Assembly: GCA_951406725.2 (NCBI GenBank)
Contig: OX597814.1
Coordinates: 37,076,001 to 37,140,000 of the forward strand
Reading direction: 5' to 3'
DNA length: 64,000 nucleotides
Source of the DNA: Octopus vulgaris
Lineage: Eukaryota
Shown here: piece by piece, positions 53,641-64,000 of the stretch
How positions within the stretch are numbered: position 1 is the first letter of the stretch
Layout: each line of letters opens with the position of its first letter
Notes under the pieces: generated by a model
What the model was told of the DNA's origin: nothing
The model's database searches: none
What the model saw: only the letters and a program-made list of their open reading frames with translations
Position numbers and translations under genes: made by a program

Positions 53641-54222
53641 AGTAATTTATTGTATTCTCGAAAATATCTACATCGATATTACGTTACTTCCAGAAGGCTT
53701 AACACAATTTCGTAATAAGCTCATGTTGAGTATCATATATCCCGATATCGCGATTCCTCTACTTTACTACCTAATGGGCTTCACCTGACACCAGCTTTAA
53801 GTAATCTATATCGTATCAGACACTAAAGCAAATCAATTCAAATATGTGTAAAATGGCCGGCATGAATAAAGCACTAGCAAGAGCCGAGTGTTTATGATCA
53901 GAGCGCCATTACCGATTAGTAGACGCCGTTTAGTCACGCGCTCTGCAGGGGCACAGACCCAGTCATACACACTCACATACACGCATATACAATGCCTCTA
54001 GCAATGGCCGTTCATACGGACAACATTAATGTTCCTTCAAATCATATTGTAGGGTTAGAAATGTGTAATTTAAATTGAGGAATACCCAAAAGAAAATGCA
54101 TAGCGTTCATTTATTTGATACTTTTTTATCATTTACGAATTTCTTAAAATTATTTGTTGGTCATGGTATAGTACTAAATCATTCTTTCTAGAAATCTTCA
54201 GTGTGTTCTGATCTATGAAGTA

Positions 54223-54280
<58 letters not shown>

Positions 54281-54291
54281 GTGCATATGCG

Positions 54292-54329
<38 letters not shown>

Positions 54330-56099
54330 CGTGCATACATATATACATATATATATACTCTGTTGATGTTGAAATTCCAATGAAAAAGCCTTGGTTATAG
54401 ATTAGAAACAGGCTCTTTCCCTATTGGCAAGAAATCTTGGAATAAAACTGAATAATGGCATATATATATGTGTTTGTGGCGGTGTAAGTATGGCGTAAAA
54501 TAATTGTTTCACAATTAATGATTATTGAAAATTGCTGTGTAAATTATACAAGCATTTATTTATCGAACTTCATTTTTTTTTACATTTTTAAACAAATTTG
54601 TTACTTCTCCTCCATCACTATGTAATTGTTAAATCACTCACAATAATTCTAATTCATTCAAATATTCGGAGAAAAAAAAACCTCCACACCTCCCAGAAGC
54701 AAAATTTCTGAATGTTTTTATTTGAATCCATATTTAGATACCATTATATGAAAAGCCTTATCTACATATATACCTCCAATTACATACCATAATTACCACT
54801 GCATCGTAGACATAATAAGATATTTTGGTGGGCCCTAATCGATATTCCTTTGTGTACCATTACGCATGTGTTTCGTTGATGCTAGATATCTACATAATGA
54901 CCAGATTAAGTAAGAGAATTTCTGAATAAGATTAATTTATACTGAATACGGAATATAGCATTTCAAACTGATGCCCTGGTATATTCATGGTAATTGTAAA
55001 ATCATGTATAAATATATATATGTGTGTGTGTGTGCGCGCGTTTATGAGTGAGTGAGTGTACCCACATATGTGCATATATCTATATGGAAATGCATATGCA
55101 CCCGCAAATATGTGTACTTGAGGTGGCAGCTCACATCTATTTATCCGAAGTGCACGTTCCCGATCATCAGATAGGATACGATGTGTGCATTTCAGATCCA
55201 GTCTGTTGGTTGAGAACGCCAATTTCCAATAACCATACGTGAGGTGTCAACTCTAATAGTCGTTAATAACTCCCCTTTCTTGGCACTTGGTATTGTTTTG
55301 AACGCCTTGTCTGTATATACATACACTATAGACACATATAGCCATAAATGTATAAATATATATATATATAAATTGACTGAACCTCTCTCTTTCTCCCTTT
55401 CTCTCTCTCTCTCTTTATGCATACACACACACACACACACATAGTCATAAATGAACGTGCCTAGAGTGGGATTTCAGAGTAGACGTCGAATATTGTGCCT
55501 GAGAAAGAAAAATGATTTTATATGTCGAACTAGTTATGGTCATTGACTAGTAGACATTGACCTATTTTCGAAAATAGCATTACTCATGTAAAACATGTTT
55601 AAAGCTGTACTTTGAATAGCATGCATAAAGAATTTTGCAAAATTATATTTTCCCAACATGCCTAAGTTGCATAAATAAGATTATTCTTTTATAGATCTCT
55701 CTATCAATGGAATAAAACGCAGATACAGGGATAGCTGTCGCTTTGCTCCATATGCTCCATTGGCGTGTCTCTTCTTGAAACAACTCCAAGTGCTTTTCCG
55801 CACACCTGTCTTTTACCTTTTGTCTTATGATCTACACCCATGTAACAATTCACCCATCATGTTTACTGATATAAATGTCATAATCTAACCTATTACACCT
55901 TGCTTGTATTGATTATACTTCTATCCCATTATCTGATCAATTCTATCCCATTACCTGATCAATTGCTAAACTACCTATGCCCACTATACCCAATCGTCAT
56001 TATGTAAAAATAAAAGCTTCCTTTTAGTTGTAGTTGAAGCTGGAATTTTAGGTTCAAGTCGACTTTGATGACTATATGTATATGCCCATTACTTTATCT

Positions 56100-56333
56100 C
56101 CCCCTGTCTAACTAATCTTGTCCATCCAGTCGCCATGATTGACGGCTAACTCCAAAAGTTTTTTTACTTATTCTCTGTTTATTTCCTCGAGTTCCTTTCT
56201 GTTGAAGAGCGTCGGCTCGAAACATAAAAGACTTTGTCACCTTGCCGAGAGTGAAACTAATGCACACCTGCTTGTTGTTTTTGCACCTGTCTTCGTCTTT
56301 TCTTTTTCTGTAAATTTCAGCCCTCTCTCTCTC

Positions 56334-56335
<2 letters not shown>
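56100..56335 (+). mobile_element. Probable Penelope-like terminal-repeat relic with degenerate hammerhead core
   Basis: cctttctgTTGAAGAgcgtcggctcGAAAcataaaag, adjoining CT/TA microsatellite. Confidence 0.45.
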
Positions 56336-56373
<38 letters not shown>

Positions 56374-56424
56374 TGTGTGCGCGTGTATTTATCTATGTGT
56401 CCGCGTTCGGTGTGTATATGAATA

Positions 56425-56635
56425 CGTACATATATGTGCTTTTGTGTTTGTTTGTTCCCCCACCACACCTCGACTACCACAGCTGGTTTGTTTACATACA
56501 ATTAACTTAGACATCTCTCAAAATAAGTGACAGTATCAGGACCATGTTCAAAATGTATTGAGATCAAGTTGATCCTCAACGACTCTTCATGGTAGTGCCC
56601 CTGTATGGCCCTGATCCAATGACTAAAAGTAATAA
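56425..56635 (+). mobile_element. SINE family B 3' half, diverged
   Basis: tgtgtttgtttgttcccccacc...tgtttacat...aacttag...aatgactaaaag. Confidence 0.6.
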
Positions 56636-59600
56636 AATATAATAAATAAAATACATGTATACCTATAATTCTGCTAAAACTTAAATTTTTATATTTTCGT
56701 TTAAGTTTATATTAACTTGTATTCAAATTTGATATTTTTTATACAATATATTTTGCGCTCACAATCATGTTTTTGGTGACATTTACCAAATTTATAAAGC
56801 ACATGAAGCTTGAGGTGACAAGCATCCGTACAGGCTTCTATGCACAGGATATTATTGTTTATGTAAAATTTTAATTACAGTGTAAGCTCAATTGTGAAAC
56901 GCAAGTTGATAACTTGTTTAGCTTAGGCGTATTTTCCTCCATCTTTGAAGATATGCAGATATTCCTAAATTCAATCGAACCTTTATATTTTAGCTAAATA
57001 AAATTGCAAAATATCACTCCATCTATATATATACGTGTGAGTATGAGTTGATCGTCAGAGTTGCAAAACAGATTCAGTAGCCGAAAAATAGTTTCTTATA
57101 AGGGTATGAATAATAATTCTTTCTGAAGCGTTGGGCAAAAACCTCAGTTTATATAGTCAGATCATAAGCAGAAAAATTCAAAATTTGCTAAAGAAAACGT
57201 GCTTTGAAGAGAAAAATCGATTATGTAAACACAAAAGGAAAGTAATATATATAAAGCAGACACACAGAAAAATATGTTACAATATGCATAGATAGATACA
57301 TGCATATGTGTGTGTGCATTTATATATGCAATAAGTCGGTACATTACCGTGCATATACATATATATTAACATATCTACACACTGTGTATATACATAGAAC
57401 TATACACACACACATACATATATATATTTATAGGTTCAGCAAAAAAACGTACTTAATCATTATGAGATAAAAATCAACGTTTAATGACATGAATTACATT
57501 TGAACTACTTTGTTTAGTCATCAGATAATGCAGTATTTTGATGGGTTTGTATATTGTACAATGCTCAATCCGTGAATCATTCAGGATCACATAACATGGT
57601 GTCTCTTCGGGTAAACGGGGAAAGAGCGAAAGAAATACAGAAACGAATACCACACGAAATGTAAAAAACATCTTTAAAAAACTTTAAGGAAATTGCGTAG
57701 TGAAAATGCAATAAATTCCATTTTTGGATATTTTTTAACGTCTTTTAAAGCTGTTAAATAAAGAATATTGGTAAAGAAAGATTATTGTTGGATGTATACA
57801 ATGTTTAAACTACGTGCTGTCATCTAAAGAAACTATGCCTACTTATGAGGGGTCTGTCGAATATAGGAAAGGTAAAAGTGCAATCAGGTGAGGAGGATAT
57901 TTTTTTGAACAGTTGTAAAATTCAAACTTTCGTGCTCCAATTTACACTGGATTAGTTTTCTTAAGCCACATGATGTATTCTTTTATTTCTTTTTAAATAA
58001 TTATCTAAGCCACTTAAAATTCTTCGGGAATTGTCTTTTCTTTGGAAAACATTAATATTCTGATGTACACATATACGTATTCATATCGCATTAGATAGAA
58101 ATTTATATATGATGTAAACACTCACACTTATAACACAAACAAATACGCAATCTCACATATTCATACTTACGTATGCATATAAACTTGGTGTAAACGTGTA
58201 GGTGACAGTAAGTTTGTATAAATGCACTTTATCACACGTCTATTCCCATGTGTATGCAATTGCCTGTATTTATTTTATCTTAAAAATTACTATAGTCAAT
58301 TGTAATGATTTTTTTATCGACAGAAAAAAATTATTTAAGAATGTACAATCAAAAGACTTGTATAAACAGTTTTTCAACGAAAACTTCATATTGATTTTTT
58401 ATGGTTTCTATTTTGAACATTTCCTAAGATAAATGAAGTGTCTAAGAATGGCACTTTTAAATATTATATGCCCTGGGTTCGTTTTAAATAGTATGCAAAA
58501 TATTCACTTCTCTAATCATTCAGATTTTCTGTCTGCTTGTTTGCAGAAAATAAAGCCAAACAGAAAATTATTGAAACGAACAACAATGAAAAGCAAAAAT
58601 ATATGATAAAATAAAATTACAATAAAACTTAGTGTCTGTTGTTAATATGTCTTACTGAACACACAGCAGTCATAATATTCATTGTTCTTCAATAGCATCA
58701 TCTATTTGCTTTCAGCTTCCCACACAGGATAAGTAAGGGCGAAGCCGTCTTTATAATTTAGTCCTAGATAGTGGCACTTATGTTACTGTGCATTAAAATT
58801 AGTAGGAATAAAAATGTTTTACAATACCTCGTTTTTTAAAACAAATCACGATATATTTCGAGATGTCATTGGCATTTAAAAACCTTTTGTTTAAATAAAT
58901 TTAGTAATTAAATATTAGTTATGTAGATTGAAAGTCAAGGCTTGGTGTTTAACTCAACAACCCTAATCAATGAAAATCAAGTGTTCTGTACTGCATTATA
59001 ATGGTTTTATTTTATGAAATTCTGCTTCTTATTGTGTTTCATAGTATCTGAAACTAGAATGTCTTAAATATAGAAATAGCGCTTCAGACCACAACTGGAA
59101 AAAATATATATATAGTTTGAGGAAGTATATTTTAAAGATTCATTGGTAATAGTTTTATTAACTTTTAAATCCTAATATATATTTCACCATAACATATACT
59201 AAAGAAAATACTAAATTCAAACTTTCCATAGATGTAGATTCATCCATAGTGCAGCATTTCCAGAAAGTTCCATATTGGGAAGTTTGTTATATACTGTTAC
59301 TAATACTAGAGGTCTGAGTTAAAAAAATCTTGAGCTTTGAGATATAATCTCATTAGCTGCATTAGAAATGTCAACATTTGAGAGGTCAATCGTAAAAACT
59401 AGCTCAACTAGTCATACGCTTTTTGCAAGAACTTATGGTGGCATCAGTGTCCAGATAAATTATCAAAATGCCGAGGTAAAACAAAAAATGGCATCTATTT
59501 AGCGCTGCAAGGAGAAACAAATGTATCTTCAACGAAATCGTGTTTCGTGTTATGTTGAGACGAGGGAAACGAAGCAAAGCATTGTTGTAGGGAAATATTA

Positions 59601-62600
59601 TTTAGGTATGTCTATAGATGCCTTAATTCGCAAGTATTATAATGTAATATACTAGTGGTACTTGTGTTTTTGGTATACGTGACTCTAAAATTATTGCGAT
59701 TCGAAAAGCATGTTTTGTGAATATAAATAGTCGGTAGGCACTAGGAAGCAAATATTTGGCACAGTGGCAGGTTTCAATATTGGAGCTAGCAGTTTACTAT
59801 ACGATGTTTCAAAAGTACATAATATTTGTAGGATGTTATGCTGCAAATATACGAATGAATTGTTTCTACTGAGCAATTTCAGATGTAGCTCACTCATACT
59901 GTAAATGACGGGCCAGACAAAGAAATGCTCGGTAGCACAGAAAAAGCTGGATCGTGGATGTGTCCAAATTGAATGGAATTATAGACCTTGAGAAGCAAAT
60001 AAACGACGGAGGTGGAAGACGTGAAGAAAATGAATTTCGTTGTTGAAGGAGAGCGGAGAATGAAGATAATCGGCGTCAAGATGGTCGTCTCAATTTATTG
60101 CATTTTTTAGATGATAGAGAATAGATGAATAAATGTGTAAGCAGTTACAGATTCAACTTAGCCACATAGATATCAGCACGCAATATATCCATGTCTATAA
60201 ATTTGCCATCCGCTTTGGCTACGATATCGAGCGGGTTATGATGGCATAGAGATGCAGAGAGTTGAAGATGCTAATGTGATGAAATGATTCTTATAGTTAA
60301 AGCTATTACGTGCAATGGAACTATTTAGTAAATGGATTCAAAAATCTCTACTTGGCCTGGGATTCATTGTTACCAATGGCTGACCAATGAGGATTAAAGA
60401 GCAATCAGAATTACTTTGTTGACCAAGCTGAAACTGAACACTACAAGCAGTGAAATGTATAGAGTATACATCTAAATTTTCGCATTGGTGAGTGGTTTGT
60501 CGGAATAGAATAGGTAAATTTTTACTTTGGTGCGGCCTGTGAGGGGGTTGTGAGCTGTTTGGATTGCATAGTTTGAGTTTAAGTTGTTAGTGCAGATTAT
60601 GTATAACATCTATGTATCCCGGTTAGATATATTTGTGAGTGAGTTTCAGTGGAGATGAGATTAGAAAGATATATAGCATCTCGGTAGTTTTCAGTAATAA
60701 AGAGAGTAAAAAGTTGTTTGGGCATTGATACCAACTTTGGAGAAAAAACTGTGGAGTGTTATAAGACGTGTGTATGTGAAATAATAACTAAATCCAGTTT
60801 TCTGTATAAAAATTCTGGGAATTCCATGAGCAAGTGGAATATTGAAAAGAGGGTCAGAGACAGTGAAATGTGTTAAAACTCAGAGAAACAGAAATACAAG
60901 TGTAGTTGATTTTATACTGTAAGAAAGAATAGTGAGTTCTAAGCAATTAAGATATTGGTTATTCCTCGAAGAAGAACAAAGAGTAAAAACAAAGACTGTT
61001 CCGAATAAACAATTTTAGAGTGGCGTCCTATACATTTCATGATGGTGTTTTAATGTCGTTCTATGTGCAGCTACAATAGAGTCGTATTTATTTCTGTTAT
61101 TATATGGAGTATATTTACGTAGTTAATACTGAAGTGAGAGACATTACTGATTCCTTGCTGCTTTATGATGTAACTGGCATAATTATGCGTAATCAAATAA
61201 ACCACTCATAGTATGTTTAACATCAGAAATATTTCCTCTTTATATTCAGTGTATGCACTTATATATCCACAACAAGAAAAACTCTCCTGTTTGTATATAT
61301 TCCATATTCTCTTTGCACTCAGTTTATGTTTTTTTTTCCCTTTCTTTAAAATATATTTAGTTTGTAACATCAGCATGTGATATACCTTGAAAGATACGTT
61401 TACTGTTAATTCTTCGATTTTCTTCAAATTATGATATGTATAATTAAAGTTTCCAAACGTAACTTGTTGCAACTTTACTTCAATAAATGCTTCATCCATT
61501 ACACATATTTCATCCTATACTTGTTCCAAATTATATTTGCAGGTGGTTCCCTATATATAACCTCATAAATATTGTATATTTCGTTATAGTCAATACAATT
61601 TATCAATTTTGTGTTTGTGTGCGTCTTTCTTTGCAAATATATTTTAAGAATATATTTATTTTTTTGTTAATGCAATATATTTGTTTCAAAATTGAATGTA
61701 AAATATTTAGGCCTATCGAGATCCTTTCCTACAGAGTTACATATAAATTATTCTTTATAAATAGCTACGTTAAAATTTCATTCCAAGTTTTCCGACATAG
61801 CGATAAGTATTTTTCATTATAATCACCATTTCTATTCCATTAAACATCATAAATATTACTTTAAGCAGTTTTAAATCAACGTAACTTTTATTCATATTTA
61901 TTCGTTTACGCTGTTTATTCATATATACTGTTATATAATATAAAGCTATACGAGTTTAGAAAAAAGTGCAAATTACTATATTTTCTAGAAAAAAAACATT
62001 CTAAACTTCAGTGAGCGCAGACAATTTTCCATTTGTCGAAACTCTAATTGTTCACGTGACATGGCATCATTTTGAAAGGTAAGAAAGCATCTATGTATGC
62101 GTAGCTGATACGGCAATTTGCTTGTTACTACTTTAACAAACCTCCTCAACATACATCAATTCCTCTTAACTGTGTATGAATATATCCTAAACAATCAGAA
62201 GTTTTAATTTATTAAATAGCAAGTTACATTAGAAAGCGAAGAAAATAAAAACAAGCCGTATATGGGAGCTCGACTCCAGAAAATTTTACTACTAGAAATA
62301 ACAGCCAAATACTTCTCAAAATACCCTCTTCTGTCATTTTATAATGTGACGCTGTTTAATATGTTTTTTTGTTTATAGCTTAATCAGGGTGGAAAAGGCT
62401 GTTCTTATGTTTATTCTGAGAAACAGACAGTGGTGGGATGAAGTGAGAAAGTTATAATAAAACGGATATCGAACCTGAGTATTTTCAACAAACAGAACAC
62501 CACTAAAATCGCATAAAACAGGAGAGGTTTGTTTAACCGGGTGACAATTGTAATTTAACACTAAATAACTCCGAATGAAAAGTCAGAACAAATATTACAA

Positions 62601-62729
62601 GCGGTTATTAGACACAGAAACACCCGCACGCACGCCCACACTTTTAACACACTTTTACACTCAAATATTAAAAATATTAAAAACAAAACAAACTCTCAAC
62701 AATCATATCTCTCGTTTATAGAGACTTAC

Positions 62730-62850
62730 CTGCAGAAGCCATATGAAAATGACGCACCAGCTCAACAAGAATGCGATTGATTGATCTTTATCGGAACCCC
62801 CAAACTCTAGTTTCAGGATTCTCGTGTTAGTATATTGCAGAGCGTTTACA
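62730..62850 (-). other. Candidate first exon with start codon and consensus splice donor
   Basis: Minus strand ...CATTTTCAT ATG GCT TCT GCA G|GTAAGT (ATG 62742-62740; donor 62729-62724) in a locally CpG-richer, repeat-free patch. The 5' boundary is a guess. Confidence 0.35.
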
Positions 62851-62949
62851 TAATTGTTGGACTAAGAAAATGTCTAGAGTCTAGAGGAGATAATATAACA
62901 GTTCTCTTACTGTTTGTTGTATCTATCTATTTATCTATATCACTTTCTT

Positions 62950-63031
<82 letters not shown>

Positions 63032-63259
63032 TGTGGGGGGTCGTGCGTGTGTGTGTGTGTGTACAGTAGCAGCCTTAATTCAAGGGCCAGTAAGAAGAAG
63101 TGTATTGAAATATGTATTATATAAGAATAACAATAGTTTGGGACTAGGTATTTTACACATATATATATATCTACTATCTATCCTTCGTGAAAATTTCAAC
63201 CGAACGGAATAAATATATATCTTAAATTATGAGAAAATAAACAAATAATATTCCAAACC

Positions 63260-64000
63260 CCTACGGCCAGATGTTAAGCGTCAATGAAAAATGGAACAGA
63301 ACAAAAAAGAAACCCTTGCTATTAATATTTTGGGGACATTCTTTTGCTACAATGACATCCTTACATCTGTTACCATAGGACTAAATTAATTTCTTGCCAA
63401 ATGATAGAGTAATATTGTGCCATTCGTTTTTCAGTAATTCTCAGAGTTCATCTTGACTCCTTGGACTTTGTCTTCACGCATCATCTCTAATAATCTTCCA
63501 AATATTTTCTATAGAGTTGAGAACTGGACTTTGAGGTGGCCAGTCCATGGGATCAACCCCTTCATCACTCAAAAAGCTTTGACTCTCTTCGCAGTGTGAT
63601 AGGGAGAGTTGTCCTGCATGAAGATAGGAGGTTGAACGGACGACGATCGGTGGTGTGGATGGGCATTCTGTTTAAGAATCTGCTTGTAGGTTTCAGCGTT
63701 GACAGTTCCTTGTAGGCGAATGAGTAGACCTGGACAGCAGCTGAGATCAATCCCCATACTATTACATTTCCTCCTCCAAATTTCACTGTTTTCTTCACAC
63801 CTGCACGAGATAACCTCTCGCCACATCTTCGTCGGACGTACATCACGCCTCCGGAAACAATCACTTTAAACTTTGATTCATCACTAAAATGAATTTTCGA
63901 CCAATGTTCTTCTCTCCAAACGACATGTTAGTGAGCGAAACGAAGACAGGCACTTCGATTCTTCCTGAAGATCAGATGTTTCTTTGCCAGTGCCTGACCA
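63260..64000 (-). mobile_element. Tc1-family transposon 3' part (transposase pseudogene), runs off window end
   Basis: Minus strand FSDESKF, KKTVKFGGGNVIVWG, IFMQDNSPYH, WPPQSPVLNSIENIW; frameshifted; stop near 63322. Confidence 0.92.

Noticed and set aside
59890-60900. Purine-skewed stretch that might be an ancient minus-strand LINE
   Set aside because: I could not recover any diagnostic RT or endonuclease motif by eye.

Overview
AT-rich, microsatellite-dense eukaryotic DNA. The (TA)n/(CA)n/(TATC)n/(AAT)n load and the tRNA-derived SINE families look like an Octopus (coleoid cephalopod) genome; this is inferred from repeat content only. I find no intact protein-coding gene: most ORF-track entries are microsatellite or SINE read-throughs. 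The window is a transposon graveyard, probably intronic or intergenic. It holds about 20 SINE copies (at least 3 families, several with clear TSDs), a full-length but frameshifted mariner, two Tc1 copies, an internally deleted mariner, a Tc1/maT-like fragment, a decayed ZMYM1-type hAT transposase, CR1-type and RTE LINE fragments, and at least seven R4/Dong-like (RLE) LINE fragments, four of them stacked head-to-tail in AAT microsatellites. Most notable signals: (1) a minus-strand type I hammerhead ribozyme fold (4152-4297) with a U4C core variant and a ~90-nt helix II insert, framed by a 37-bp inverted repeat in a probable Penelope-like relic; (2) a CAG|GTGAGT zero-length-exon (recursive splicing-like) site at 39595; (3) two long hairpins; (4) a candidate first exon (ATG GCT TCT GCA G|gtaagt) on the minus strand near 62.7 kb. 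Coordinates were counted by eye, and boundaries of decayed elements are approximate.
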